Source of the DNA: Salibacteraceae bacterium
Lineage (GTDB): Bacteria > Bacteroidota > Bacteroidia > Flavobacteriales_D > Crocinitomicaceae
DNA: 64,000 bases
Direction of reading: 5' to 3'
NCBI GenBank assembly: GCA_047628775.1
Contig: JBLHVW010000003.1
Span: 2,624-66,623 of the forward strand
This document shows positions 1-10,532 of the stretch, in pieces (positions within the stretch are counted from its first letter, which is position 1; each line of letters starts with the position of its first letter). The notes beneath the pieces were generated by a model, which was not told the DNA's origin, made no database searches, and saw nothing but the letters and a program-made list of their open reading frames with translations. Made by a program: the position numbers and the translations under genes.

Positions 1-114
1 TTTTCGTGAACCTGTTACGTTTGTTCGTTCACCAACATTTACAAAATTGCTTTCCGGAGTTACGATTAATGGCTCCAGTCCCGAAAGTTTTAAAGTCGCT
101 TTATTCTTCGACAT
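1..114 (-). CDS. metH: methionine synthase, pterin-binding/cobalamin-dependent part (5' end only, continues beyond window start)
   Basis: Partial, so not in the ORF track. The minus-strand ATG at 114-112 gives [38 protein letters not shown]. This is the conserved LSGLEPL / [13 protein letters not shown] start of the MetH pterin-binding module. It overlaps the stop of the upstream Hcy-domain ORF by 14 nt. Confidence 0.75.
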   Translation of the reverse strand, partial: MSKNKATLKLSGLEPLIVTPESNFVNVGERTNVTGSRK

Positions 115-1111
115 GTTTTTCAATTTCTCTAGGTGAATAATTTACCACCATATCTGCAATTGCTGCGATATGATCTGGAGTTGTTCCACAACAACCTCCA
201 ATAATATTTACTAATCCTTCGTCTAAAAACTCTTTGATTTGTTCGGCCATCAACTCTGGCGTTTCATCGTATTCACCAAATTCATTTGGCAATCCTGCAT
301 TGGGATGTGCACTCACTCCAAACGGACTATTTTTGTCCAGAACTTGAAGATAAGGCCGCATCATTGAAGCACCAAGAGCACAATTCAAGCCAACGGAAAG
401 CAGGTCCATATGGGCAACGGAGATTAAAAATGCATCCGTCGTTTGGCCCGTTAACGTTCTTCCACTTTGATCCGTAATCGTTCCAGAAACCATGATTGGA
501 ATTTTCACACCACGGTCGTCAAAAACCTCATCGATTGCATACAAAGCGGCTTTGGCATTCAAGGTGTCGAACACGGTTTCAACTAACAGCAAGTCTACTC
601 CACCATCCATTAAGGCGTTGGTTTGTTGCTTGTATGCCGTAACAAGTTCATTGAATGTGATTCCTCTAAATCCAGGGTCGTTAACATCTGGAGATATTGA
701 TGCTGTTCTGTTTGTCGGACCAATTGATCCAGCAACAAAGCGCGGCTTATGCGGTTCACGAGCGGTAAATTCATCCGCGACTTCTCGCGCAATTTTTGCA
801 CTTTGAAAATTAATGTCGTAAACAGCACTTTCCAAATTATAATCCGCTTGGGCGATTGTTGTACCCGAGAACGTGTTTGTTTCTGCGATATCTGCGCCAG
901 CAGCAAAATACTCTGAATGAATTTCTTTGATTATTTCAGGCCGTGTTAACGATAACAAATCATTGTTCCCTTTCAAAGGGCTCTCATGATCGTCGAACCA
1001 TCCTTTTCGGAAATCTTCTTCCTCGAGTTTATGGCGTTGAATCATCGTACCCATCGCTCCGTCGAGTACTAATATTCTATTTTTAAGTATTGATTTTATA
1101 TCCTGCTTCAT
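101..1111 (-). CDS. homocysteine S-methyltransferase domain protein (stand-alone Hcy-binding module of a split methionine synthase)
   Basis: 336-aa ORF with [44 protein letters not shown] and [11 protein letters not shown] motifs typical of the MetH N-terminal/S-methyltransferase domain. A SAM riboswitch lies directly upstream. Confidence 0.9.
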   Translation of the reverse strand: MKQDIKSILKNRILVLDGAMGTMIQRHKLEEEDFRKGWFDDHESPLKGNNDLLSLTRPEIIKEIHSEYFAAGADIAETNTFSGTTIAQADYNLESAVYDINFQSAKIAREVADEFTAREPHKPRFVAGSIGPTNRTASISPDVNDPGFRGITFNELVTAYKQQTNALMDGGVDLLLVETVFDTLNAKAALYAIDEVFDDRGVKIPIMVSGTITDQSGRTLTGQTTDAFLISVAHMDLLSVGLNCALGASMMRPYLQVLDKNSPFGVSAHPNAGLPNEFGEYDETPELMAEQIKEFLDEGLVNIIGGCCGTTPDHIAAIADMVVNYSPREIEKHVEE

Positions 1112-1154
1112 TGATATTATTTCTGACTACTGAAGCTGTGGGGATACAAGCTAA

Positions 1155-1263
1155 CTTATCGTTTCTCAGTAAAAACCGAGATTGGATTTGGCACCTTTTC
1201 TAACTGAGTTAGTTAGGTTGCCAAGGTTTCGTAGGGCCTTATCCCTCCACCTTTCTTCATAAG
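1155..1263 (-). promoter_or_regulatory. SAM-I (S-box) riboswitch in the 5' leader of the split metH operon
   Basis: The minus strand reads CUUAUGAAGAAAGGUGGAGGGAUAAGGCCCUACGAAACCUUGGCAACC...AAAAGGUGCCAAAUCCAAUCUCGGUUUUUACUGAGAAACGAUAAG. It has the P1 pairing CUUAU/AUAAG, the GAGGGA, GGCCC, GGCAACC and GGUGCCAAAUCC core, and a P4 hairpin UCUCGG/CUGAGA. Confidence 0.9.
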
Positions 1264-1371
1264 TCTATTTGAATGAACTGGGACAAAGTTAGCACAAACA
1301 TTATTCTAAACAAACAAAAAGCTTGATTCTAATAATGTTCACTTCAGATTAATTAACCATCATTCATTGAA

Positions 1372-1878
1372 ATGAGTTTATTTGTGATTTCAAGGTCACA
1401 AAATTACATATATCTGCCTACAATGAAATACCTTTCCCTTCTACTTTTGATCTTTTCAGGAACTATCGCCATCGGTCAAAGCACTACTAAAAAAGCCTTT
1501 GCTGCAATGGACAAAAGCGATATGAATGCTGCAAAAATACACATTGACAATACTATCCTAGAGGGTTTAATTTCGGCTAGAACCTATTTTTGCAGATCGT
1601 TTATCTACAAGGAATTATACAACCCCGAGTCTAATAATTTTAACTCCACCTGAGGAAAAGAGACCAAAAGATCATTAATACTTTGTTTCAATTTGGACAA
1701 GGCAGAACAGTTTAAACATGGAACAATAAAATTGATGCAATTTATTGCAGCCTCTTATTACAATGACTGCATCAAGGCCTATCAGAAGAAAGAAAAAGTC
1801 GAAGTTCTAAATCTTTTATATTCCAAATCTCATGGAATTATGCTGATTGCCAATCCATCTTTCAACTTTACTGAATAG
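1372..1878 (+). pseudogene. hypothetical secreted protein interrupted by one in-frame TGA (1651-1653)
   Basis: ORFs 1372..1653 and 1693..1878 share a frame, and the only stop between them is the TGA at 1651. The first has a signal-peptide-like MKYLSLLLLIFSGTIAIGQ. I recognise no family. Confidence 0.4.
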
Positions 1879-1969
1879 GATAAAATATAGCCAAAATGAA
1901 AAATGGTTTAAAATAAAGACCATCCTCTTTTCTAGCTAATTCAAGAAAGCAATTGTAAATTAGACGTCT

Positions 1970-3580
1970 ATGAAACTTGTACTTATCTCTCTTTTGTTGT
2001 TGAGCTATTCAACTTTCGCTCAACTAACAACTTCAAACCTGCCGATTCTAATTATTACCAACCAACCGGGCCAGGTAATTCAAGATGATCCTCGTGTTAG
2101 AGCGCATCTAGGAGTTATTGACAATGGTGTCGGGAACATGAATAATATTAACGATCCATTTAACAATTACAACGATTCTATCGCGATTGAATACAGAGGA
2201 TCTACATCTCAGCAATATCCCAAAAAAGGATACGGATTTGAAACGCAAGATGCCCTTGGAAACAACCTTCCTGTTGGCTTACTGGGAATGCCTGTTGAAA
2301 ATGATTGGATTTTAAACGGACCCTATCCAGATAAAACATTGATTCGAAACGTATTGACTTTCCACCTTGCAAGAGAAATGGGGCATTATGCTTCAAGAAC
2401 GCGCTATTGTGAATTGGTCATTGATGGCGACTACCGCGGGATTTACATTCTCATGGAAAAAATCAAAAAAGACGGAGACAGGGTTGATGTAGCAGATGTG
2501 CACATCCCGAATCAATGGAATGATACAATTACTGGAGGATACATCGTTAAGGTTGATAAAACTACAGGTGACGTGCCTTATCAATGGACTTCGAACTTCA
2601 ACAATGAAGTGATTTTTCAATTTCAAGATCCAGAATACGATGAATTGGATCCGCTGCAGTCGAGCTATATGGAGAATTACATCAATGAATTTGAGGCGGC
2701 AATCAACGGCCCAAATTTCGCTGACAACGCTTTGGGTTGGCCAGCATACATTGATGAACAGTCATTTCATGATTTCTTTATTCTCCAAGAGTTAGGAAGA
2801 ACTGTTGACGGTTATCGCTCAAGTTCATTCATGCACAAAGACAGAAACACCTTGGCTTGGAATGCAAAACTTGTTGCAGGACCAATGTGGGATTTTAATC
2901 TTTCTTACGGAAACGCAGATTACTGCGATGCCGATGAAATTTACGGATGGCAATATGAATTTGATGACATCTGCGGAAACTTCTCTACTTCCATTCCCTT
3001 TTGGTGGGAGAAATTGCAAGAAGATTGGCTTTATGAGCAGAATTTAAGATGCCGTTGGGAGGAATTGAGACAAGGCGTGTTAAGCACAGCCTACATCAAT
3101 AATTACATTGATTCAGTTGCTTTGGAGTTAACGGATGCTCGAATTCGAAATTTCCAGAGATGGCCAATCATTGGACAATATGTAAACTGGAATGGATTCG
3201 TAGGTCAAACCTACCAAGAGGATGTTGACTTCCTAAAAACATATATGGAGCAACGCTCTGTTTGGATTGACAACAACCTACCTGGAAATTGCAATGTAGC
3301 AATAGAGGAACAAGAATTTGTTGCGTTGTACCACAAAGCTTGGCCAAATCCATTTACAAATCAATTGGCGATTGGGTTCTCCACTTTTGGAATTGGAGAA
3401 GTGGTTGTTGAAATTCGAGACCTTTCAGGCCGTCTTGTAGAACAATGCAAGCTCGGCGAGAAATTTGCAGGCGCGCACGCGATTGATTTAAAGAGCGCAC
3501 AATGGGACAGAGGAAATTACCTTTATACCGTCTTGTTCAACGGAACAGTTCTTCATACGGGCAAACTCATAAAAATGTAA
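1970..3580 (+). CDS. CotH family protein with T9SS type A C-terminal sorting domain
   Basis: Signal peptide; CotH-like core (IEYRGSTSQQYPKKGYGFET, LIRNVLTFHLAREMGHYASRTRYCELVIDGDYRGIYILMEKIKKD); C-terminus WPNPFTNQLAIGF...YLYTVLFNGTVLHTGKLIKM resembles a Por secretion tail. Confidence 0.85.
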   Translation: MKLVLISLLLLSYSTFAQLTTSNLPILIITNQPGQVIQDDPRVRAHLGVIDNGVGNMNNINDPFNNYNDSIAIEYRGSTSQQYPKKGYGFETQDALGNNLPVGLLGMPVENDWILNGPYPDKTLIRNVLTFHLAREMGHYASRTRYCELVIDGDYRGIYILMEKIKKDGDRVDVADVHIPNQWNDTITGGYIVKVDKTTGDVPYQWTSNFNNEVIFQFQDPEYDELDPLQSSYMENYINEFEAAINGPNFADNALGWPAYIDEQSFHDFFILQELGRTVDGYRSSSFMHKDRNTLAWNAKLVAGPMWDFNLSYGNADYCDADEIYGWQYEFDDICGNFSTSIPFWWEKLQEDWLYEQNLRCRWEELRQGVLSTAYINNYIDSVALELTDARIRNFQRWPIIGQYVNWNGFVGQTYQEDVDFLKTYMEQRSVWIDNNLPGNCNVAIEEQEFVALYHKAWPNPFTNQLAIGFSTFGIGEVVVEIRDLSGRLVEQCKLGEKFAGAHAIDLKSAQWDRGNYLYTVLFNGTVLHTGKLIKM

Positions 3581-3583
3581 ACA

Positions 3584-3919
3584 ATGCTTAAAAGTTTTGC
3601 CGACGCTTTTCGCGGAATTTTTCTTTTGATTCAATCGGAGCGGAATTTCAAAATTCATGTTGTTGCTCTCATTTGTGTTTGTGCCGCTGGATTCTACTTT
3701 GAAATCAACAGGTTTGAATGGATCGTTATTGTTCTAACTTCGGCTTTAGTATTGGGATTGGAAAGTGTCAATTCGGCTTTGGAAAAACTCTGTGATGAAG
3801 TCACCGAAGAACGTAAAGAATCCATTAGAATAATAAAAGACACCGCAGCCGGAGCTGTTTTGATTGGCGCAATTGCGGCGATTGTTGTGGCGGGGTTGAT
3901 TTTCTCAAGGTATCTTTAA
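3584..3919 (+). CDS. dgkA: diacylglycerol/undecaprenol kinase family protein
   Basis: 111-aa membrane protein with FRGIFLLIQSERNFKIH, ESVNSALEKLCDEV and IKDTAAGAVLIGAIAA, typical of the DAGK_prokar family. Confidence 0.85.
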   Translation: MLKSFADAFRGIFLLIQSERNFKIHVVALICVCAAGFYFEINRFEWIVIVLTSALVLGLESVNSALEKLCDEVTEERKESIRIIKDTAAGAVLIGAIAAIVVAGLIFSRYL

Positions 3920-4109
3920 GCGTCAAATTAGTCCTTCTGATAGCCATTGGAATCTCCAAAAAAACTCCAAAAGCAAGCCCCCCCTTCTCAGTAAAACACA
4001 TAAGGGATTCGTTTAAAATATCCTGTTAAAAGGAGTATGTTCAATTGCAACTAATTCTTGATACAAATTCACTTTGTATAGTAATTCTGAATTCGATATC
4101 TTTGATTAA

Positions 4110-6407
4110 TTGTATTACAAACATTGCTACTTAATGCTCAAGAACTTCTTTTCCATCGTTTCAAAAAATGGCATAAATCATATATTTTTAATTTTAGCCC
4201 TTTTTGGTTCGGCCCAACTATCTGCTCAACATTCGTTCGATTATGACAATTCGATTCCTGTAGTTCGAATTTCGGACACATTAGAGAACCCATGGGCGGG
4301 AGGATTAAATTTCATCCAGATTTCAGAATTCGATTACAATCAGAATGGAATGATGGATCTTTTAGTATTCGACAGAAGCAGTGATCAAATTAAAGTCTAT
4401 ACTCAAGAAACGGGACCCAATGGTCTTTTTTACCAACATCAATTTGGCGCAAGCGAACTTTTCCCGCCCGATTTACGGTACAGAGCACAACTCTTCGATT
4501 ATGACAATGACGGAAGAAATGACCTCTTTACATGGGGAATTGGAGGACTAAAAGTATACCGCAATGTTTCCAATGGTGTAAATGGACTGCAATGGATAGT
4601 ATTTAAAGACATTGTTTATTCGGACTACGCAGTTACAGGCATCAATCCACTATTTATCAGTGCAGACGACATACCAGCCCTTGTTGATGTGGATTACGAC
4701 GGTGATCTGGATATTTTAACTTCAGACGCCCAAGGTCTGCGCATCGAATACCACCAAAACCAAAGCATGGAAACGTATGGGATTCCTGACTCCCTTCTTT
4801 TCGTTCAGAAAAATGAATGCTGGGGAAAGTTTACCGAAGGATTAAATTCAAGCGTCGTAACGCTGTTTGATCCTAATCCGCCATGTGTTGGAGGCAATAT
4901 TCCAAATCCAGAAAAGAACGCAACCCTTTCAGAATACAAATTAATTGCGCATCAAGGAACATCTATCTTGGCTTTAGACATAGACAGCTCTGGTGTACGC
5001 GATCTAATTCTCGGAGATGCCGCATACAATGGGTTGACACTTCTTTTAAACGGCGGAACGGCTGTAAACACGGACTCACCGATGATTAGCTTTGACGATG
5101 CATTCCCTTCCTATACTACCCCAGTTAAATGCAACAATTTTCCAGCTTCATTCTACGTAGATGTCGATTTTGATGGATTGAATGATTTGATTGTTTCCCC
5201 GAACTCCGAAAATTCTTCTTTTGATAAAAACAGCGTCCTTTTTTATAAAAACCTCGCTTCGAACGGTCAGCCAACATTCAGTCCCGTTTCGACAAATTTC
5301 CTTCAGTCGAGTATGATTGAACACGGAACGGGTTCTATCCCTGTACTCTTTGATTACAATGAAGACGGCCTTAAAGACCTAATCGTAGCAAACTATTACA
5401 ACTACAAAGCAACAAATCAAAAAGAGAGTTTAATCGCGTTGTATTTAAATACTGGAACCTCAACAGCACCTGTATTTAAATTCATTGACGATGATATTTT
5501 GAATCTTGTTAACGCAAATTTAGGCTTGCGGTCTGTCCCAGCTTTTGGTGATATTGATAATGATGGCGACGAAGATCTATTTCTTGGTTTGGAAGATGGA
5601 ACGCTCATTTTTTATGAAAACACATCGACGGGAAATGGAGCTATTTGGGCACTTGGAACACCAAATTACCAAGACAATCAAGCAAACACTATCAGTGTCA
5701 ATGCCTTTAGCTACCCGCAATTATTCGATCTTAATAACGACGGATTACTTGATCTACTTCTTGGAAACAGACTTGGGAATATTATCTACTATCAAAATGT
5801 TGGAAGTGCCACAATTCCATCGTTTGAGCTCATGAACTCTACACTAGGACAAGTTGACATTCTCCCTGGAAACCAAAGCTCGAACGCTTCAATTCATTTC
5901 TTCCGTGAAAACAATGAAATCCATTTACTATGTGGGTCATTTAAAGGAACACTATCCTATTACACCGACATCGCTACCAACTTAGCGCAAGGAGCTTCAT
6001 TCAATCTTGTTTCAGACAATTATCAAGGAATTGATGTCGGGAAACACTCCTCAATCTACTTGGATGATATTGATGACGATGGAATTCTAAATGCTTTTCT
6101 TGGGCAAGACCTTGGCGGAATCTTCCACTACAATCTTAATGAAGGATCCATTGGATTGACCGAACAAAGCCAAACTCAATTGGCCATTTACCCAAATCCT
6201 GCAATAGAATTCGTAACGATAAGCGCTGATGAATTGATCAATAGCATTGAGGTTGTCGACATGAGAGGCCGCATTCAATTTTCAGAAAACAACATCAATA
6301 AAATGGGGTTAACTGTTCCGGTAATTGATCTGGATGCTGGAATCTATATACTGCTGGTTGAATTGACATCAGGTCAATTGGTATCCAAAAAATTAATTGT
6401 CAGATAA
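4110..6407 (+). CDS. FG-GAP/VCBS repeat protein with T9SS type A sorting domain
   Basis: Repeated DxDxDGxxD-type motifs (DYDNDGRNDL, DVDYDGDLDIL, DIDNDGDEDLF, DLNNDGLLDLL, DIDDDGILN). C-terminus is IYPNPAIEFVTI...GIYILLVELTSGQLVSKKLIVR. The true start may be the internal MLKNFF at 4134. Confidence 0.85.
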   Translation: MYYKHCYLMLKNFFSIVSKNGINHIFLILALFGSAQLSAQHSFDYDNSIPVVRISDTLENPWAGGLNFIQISEFDYNQNGMMDLLVFDRSSDQIKVYTQETGPNGLFYQHQFGASELFPPDLRYRAQLFDYDNDGRNDLFTWGIGGLKVYRNVSNGVNGLQWIVFKDIVYSDYAVTGINPLFISADDIPALVDVDYDGDLDILTSDAQGLRIEYHQNQSMETYGIPDSLLFVQKNECWGKFTEGLNSSVVTLFDPNPPCVGGNIPNPEKNATLSEYKLIAHQGTSILALDIDSSGVRDLILGDAAYNGLTLLLNGGTAVNTDSPMISFDDAFPSYTTPVKCNNFPASFYVDVDFDGLNDLIVSPNSENSSFDKNSVLFYKNLASNGQPTFSPVSTNFLQSSMIEHGTGSIPVLFDYNEDGLKDLIVANYYNYKATNQKESLIALYLNTGTSTAPVFKFIDDDILNLVNANLGLRSVPAFGDIDNDGDEDLFLGLEDGTLIFYENTSTGNGAIWALGTPNYQDNQANTISVNAFSYPQLFDLNNDGLLDLLLGNRLGNIIYYQNVGSATIPSFELMNSTLGQVDILPGNQSSNASIHFFRENNEIHLLCGSFKGTLSYYTDIATNLAQGASFNLVSDNYQGIDVGKHSSIYLDDIDDDGILNAFLGQDLGGIFHYNLNEGSIGLTEQSQTQLAIYPNPAIEFVTISADELINSIEVVDMRGRIQFSENNINKMGLTVPVIDLDAGIYILLVELTSGQLVSKKLIVR

Positions 6408-6428
6408 TTAACCGTAAAAGTATTTAAA

Positions 6429-7760
6429 ATGTTTCAATTCTGGAGAACGTATAAATCTAAAATGCTCGAAGAAGTAAATCCTTCCAGCCTGGGATTGTTC
6501 CGCATTTTAATTGGTTTTATCCTCTTTATTCAAACGGTTTCATTCATGTCCGACGACTTTGTCACCAAGAATTTTGTTGATTCGAACATTCGGTTCACAT
6601 TTTCAAGTTTTGAATTTCTGGAGCCTTTATCAGAACAAGGCATGAATTTGCTACTCTTCGCAATGATGATTGCATCCATTTTCATCATGCTCGGTCGGTT
6701 TTTTAAAATTGCTACTGCCTTTTTCGGGTTGGCTTTTACCTATTTATGGCTGTTAGACAAAAGCTACTTCAACAATCACTATTACTTCATTTCTCTTCTT
6801 GTTCTTTTACTGCTGATCTCGAATGCGGATGCTTGGGGTTCGCTTAAAGGGAAAAACAAAAAAGCTACAGTACCTTATTATCAGGTTTTTGCCTTAAAAG
6901 CGCAAATCTTTCTAACATTTTTCATTGCCGGCATTAACAAAATCAATTATTACTGGATGGTTAAACACCAGCCAATGAAACACATACTTGAAGCTAAGTC
7001 CGAGCTGAACGGATACGATTGGCTTAACTCTTCATTCTTTTCGGGCTTCTTTTCATGGTCAGGACTTCTTTTTGATCTTAGCATAGGCTTTTTACTTTGG
7101 ATCCCGAAAACGAGACGTCTTGGAGTTTCGATTTTCATCGTATTTAACCTACTCAATTATTGGCTGTTCCATGACATTGGAGAAATTGGAATTTTCCCCT
7201 TTTTATTATTGGCGTGCATCCCCATTTTCTTGAACCCGATTAAAACATCAAAAAAATTAGAATGGCTCGTTCCAAATAAAACCAAAATTACTTCTAAGTC
7301 AACTTCCAATCCGATATTGGTCTATATTCTTTCTGGCTTTTTAGTGCTCCAATTAGTACTTCCTTTTCGACATCTATTGTATGAAGGACACGTAGACTGG
7401 AACGGACTTGGCCAGCGCTTTTCATGGAGAATGAAAATTATGTACAAAGAAGTCGATATGCACTTTTACCTTGTTGAGAAAGGTAAAACTGATAAGTTAG
7501 AAGTCAACCTAGGTAATTTTCTAAATGATAAGCAGTACACCAATCTCATGTACTACCCCGACTTCATTCCTCTTGTTGCGCAATACATTAAAAAAATAGG
7601 CGTCGAAAAAGGTCTGAAAGATCCAAAAGTGCTCGTTGACTTCAAAGTGGGCTTCAACGGAAACAAAAAAATGATTTTAGTCGACCCTGAAGCAGACTTG
7701 TCAAAAGTGAAATATGCGACGGGAAATGAGTTATATTGGTTGAAATCAAAGGTTTGGTAA
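6429..7760 (+). CDS. HTTM domain-containing membrane protein (vitamin K-dependent gamma-carboxylase-like)
   Basis: 443-aa polytopic protein. The N-terminal LGLFRILIGFILFIQTVSF and following TM pattern are typical of HTTM proteins. Confidence 0.75.
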   Translation: MFQFWRTYKSKMLEEVNPSSLGLFRILIGFILFIQTVSFMSDDFVTKNFVDSNIRFTFSSFEFLEPLSEQGMNLLLFAMMIASIFIMLGRFFKIATAFFGLAFTYLWLLDKSYFNNHYYFISLLVLLLLISNADAWGSLKGKNKKATVPYYQVFALKAQIFLTFFIAGINKINYYWMVKHQPMKHILEAKSELNGYDWLNSSFFSGFFSWSGLLFDLSIGFLLWIPKTRRLGVSIFIVFNLLNYWLFHDIGEIGIFPFLLLACIPIFLNPIKTSKKLEWLVPNKTKITSKSTSNPILVYILSGFLVLQLVLPFRHLLYEGHVDWNGLGQRFSWRMKIMYKEVDMHFYLVEKGKTDKLEVNLGNFLNDKQYTNLMYYPDFIPLVAQYIKKIGVEKGLKDPKVLVDFKVGFNGNKKMILVDPEADLSKVKYATGNELYWLKSKVW

Positions 7761-7912
7761 ACAAAAGAGACGTTCTACTCGGTGTTTAACACACAATTAA
7801 AAAAAACAACGGTATCTTTGTATAATAGACGAACTAACCTCGCTTCTTGTTAATAATTATAAGTCACCTTTCTATAATTAGCAATACGTTGCCGTAATAC
7901 TTAATATGAATT

Positions 7913-9325
7913 ATGCTTAAGATAATTAAATTCAATACTTTTTTTGGCTATCAGCCTAAATCTATACTCTCGATTTTAAGTTTAATTTTTCTGTTTAATT
8001 TTTCTGGAATCGCTTGCGATACTTCCCCAATATTAACGGCATCTAATGTGAATAATGTCGGTGGTGGTTTCTTTACATTTGACTTTCAAGTCTGTATAGG
8101 CAACAATGGTTCTGTCGATGGATTGGACGTAACAATGGGATGTGGATTGAATATCACGGCAACAAGTGCTGCTGTATTAAACAATGGAGGGAATATTGCA
8201 ACTGCTAATATTGCTGGAGGAGTTCTAACTTACACATATGGAGGAGCAGGAGACTTTGAGCCAAACGATGGTATTGCAGGTCCATGTTTCACAATGACAC
8301 TTACGGTAGATGGTAACCCCGAGAATTGCTCCGTCACCACGACAGGAATTAACGATGGCTGCTTGATTATCTCTACCTCCTGGTCAACCACCGTCCCCGG
8401 TCCCTGTATTGTCGACTTTACAATGATTGCCCCCGGCTCTCTGGCTGGAAATACATTAGGTGCTGGAAATACATGCACACTCCGGCCAAGTCAGGATCAA
8501 ACATTTGAAATCACCATTCCATGCAATGACACGTGGACAGTAACGCTCTGTAATGGAGGCTCGACATGGGATACCTATCTCTACTTGGGAAATTCATGTT
8601 GCGCTTCAAATGTATCCTTAAATGATGATTTCTGTGGACTTCGATCCCAGATCACTACAGTTCTTATTCCAGGTGTTTACTACCTTACTGTGGAAGGGTA
8701 TAGCTCCACAGCTGCAGGAACATATACGCTAGATGTCACTAGTGCAAATCCTTGCTCAGTTTTACCTGTCACACTTTCTGAATTCTTAGGGAATTATGAT
8801 GATGAAAGCAGGAGTAACCTCCTAAATTGGACGACCATAACGGAAAGCAATAACGATTACTTTGTCTTGGAACGATCATCGGATTTACTCTCGTTCGATG
8901 AAATCGCTACTATTGACGGAGCGGGAAACTCGTTGCACAAAAAGCATTACTCTTATAGTGACCCAATTGAAACCTCTGGACTTTTCTATTACAAACTAAA
9001 GCAAGTTGACTTCGACGGTTCATACACCTACTCAAATGTGATCGCATTAGAAACGAGTTTCAATACATCATCTTTCTTCGCCAGTGTTTATCCAAATCCT
9101 ACTAAAGATGAATTCACTATCGCGACAAACGCGCGATTGGAATCCAATTCGATCGAAGTTGAAATCTATTCAAGTCAATCAAAACTTATTCATTCGGAGT
9201 CTCTAACAGGATCGACGAATGCTTCCAATTACACAATCGATGTGCGTTCTCTAGAAAGTGGAATATATACCATTCACTTGCGTTCTGGAGATCAAGTCGA
9301 AGTAAAAAAGATCGTGATTATTTAA
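7913..9325 (+). CDS. secreted Cys-rich protein with T9SS type A sorting domain
   Basis: Signal/TM segment and a GTYTLDVTS pre-peptidase-like segment. It has the module LLNWTTITESNNDYFVLERSSD...YYKLKQVDFDGSYTYSNVIAL, also seen in the 635-aa ice-binding protein. C-terminus is VYPNPTKDEFTI...GIYTIHLRSG. Confidence 0.75.
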   Translation: MLKIIKFNTFFGYQPKSILSILSLIFLFNFSGIACDTSPILTASNVNNVGGGFFTFDFQVCIGNNGSVDGLDVTMGCGLNITATSAAVLNNGGNIATANIAGGVLTYTYGGAGDFEPNDGIAGPCFTMTLTVDGNPENCSVTTTGINDGCLIISTSWSTTVPGPCIVDFTMIAPGSLAGNTLGAGNTCTLRPSQDQTFEITIPCNDTWTVTLCNGGSTWDTYLYLGNSCCASNVSLNDDFCGLRSQITTVLIPGVYYLTVEGYSSTAAGTYTLDVTSANPCSVLPVTLSEFLGNYDDESRSNLLNWTTITESNNDYFVLERSSDLLSFDEIATIDGAGNSLHKKHYSYSDPIETSGLFYYKLKQVDFDGSYTYSNVIALETSFNTSSFFASVYPNPTKDEFTIATNARLESNSIEVEIYSSQSKLIHSESLTGSTNASNYTIDVRSLESGIYTIHLRSGDQVEVKKIVII

Positions 9326-9350
9326 TCCAGTTCACTTCTTAAATTATTTA

Positions 9351-9387
9351 AACAGGCTTCTAATTCATTGGGAGCCTGTTTTGATTT
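9351..9387 (+). terminator. putative rho-independent terminator
   Basis: Hairpin AACAGGCTYC...GGAGCCTGTT followed by TTGATTT, 26 nt after the stop at 9325. Confidence 0.55.
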
Positions 9388-9511
9388 AAAGCGGTATTAA
9401 GGATAGAGGTGAAGTGCTTCTATGATGATAGCGAGATATTTGAGAAGGTGAAGGGGGGGTAAGTTGTGGAAATAGCTTCGTTTATTGCTCCTTACGATTC
9501 TGTATGATGCG

Positions 9512-10111
9512 TTATTTTAATTTCAAAATATCAGATTTCAAAATTTCTATATTGTCCTTTATATGATTTTCGATTTGTTCGTATTCTTTTAGATTACCAG
9601 CACTAATTGAATTTATTTGTTCAAGAGTTTTAGTATTTACGATTCTCAACTCATATCCCCATTCCGTTTCTGTATCGCCAGGAACCTCAGGAAAAGCGTT
9701 ACTAACGACACGTGTTAATATTAAAAAATCGACATCCACCTCTTCAATTATTGGTGTGCAATATTTTTTATCAAAGACACCTTGATATGCGACACCCATC
9801 AGTTTTTTGAAAGGGAATGGTTCTACTTGAACACTTTCGAACTTATTAAGTTCTGTTTCAATAAAAGGATTAAAGTCATATCCAGCCCCTGAATAACCAT
9901 TTGAACATTGAACAACAAATATTTTAAGGGTGTCAATGTTTAAAGTTTCATTTATTATTGTTGCTTCGAAATTAACACTGTCTTTTACAGTTACATTTAA
10001 GTCTGAATTATGAGCGTTCTTTTTTTCGGTCGAATTACAACCTACAAGCATAAAACAAAGTAGAGTTATTGGAACAAGACCAATCAATATGGTTTGTGAT
10101 TTGAAATTCAT
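9512..10111 (-). CDS. hypothetical lipoprotein
   Basis: 199-aa ORF with a signal peptide and lipobox-like LVGC. No recognisable family. Confidence 0.6.
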   Translation of the reverse strand: MNFKSQTILIGLVPITLLCFMLVGCNSTEKKNAHNSDLNVTVKDSVNFEATIINETLNIDTLKIFVVQCSNGYSGAGYDFNPFIETELNKFESVQVEPFPFKKLMGVAYQGVFDKKYCTPIIEEVDVDFLILTRVVSNAFPEVPGDTETEWGYELRIVNTKTLEQINSISAGNLKEYEQIENHIKDNIEILKSDILKLK

Positions 10112-10327
10112 TGGATTTAAGATACAAATATCCTCACCTAGTGTTCAACTTTTTTGACTGGAACTTATTATTCGGTAACGTGATGACTGTAAATGAACAA
10201 AAGTCCACTCCAAATCCCAACTTAGTCCTTCCGATAGGTATCGGAGCCGCACCCCCCCTCCAAAAAGCAAGAATCCACAACGTCGCACTAAATATGATTG
10301 AGTGAGCCCTAACTGCCTGAATTACCA

Positions 10328-10375
10328 AACGCAAAAAAGGCGCCCATTTCTGAACGCCTTTACCAATTTCTGTAG
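10328..10375 (-). repeat. second copy of the tRNA-Phe downstream flank/terminator (partner at 10648-10695)
   Basis: AAACGCAAAAAAGGCG(C/T)CCATTTCTGAACGCCTTTACCAATTT occurs at both 10328-10375 and 10648-10695, with 1-2 mismatches. Confidence 0.8.
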
Positions 10376-10532
10376 ACGCATCACAACCAAAGTCGAACCA
10401 AAACCCAAAAAGTAAAATCTCTGAATGTATTGTGAATAAATGAATATTAGATGTTTATGAAATGTGTGTTTTTATCTTGCTCATTCTGAAAATGTAGTTT
10501 TAACTCAGTGTCCATATTTATGTTGCAATTCC

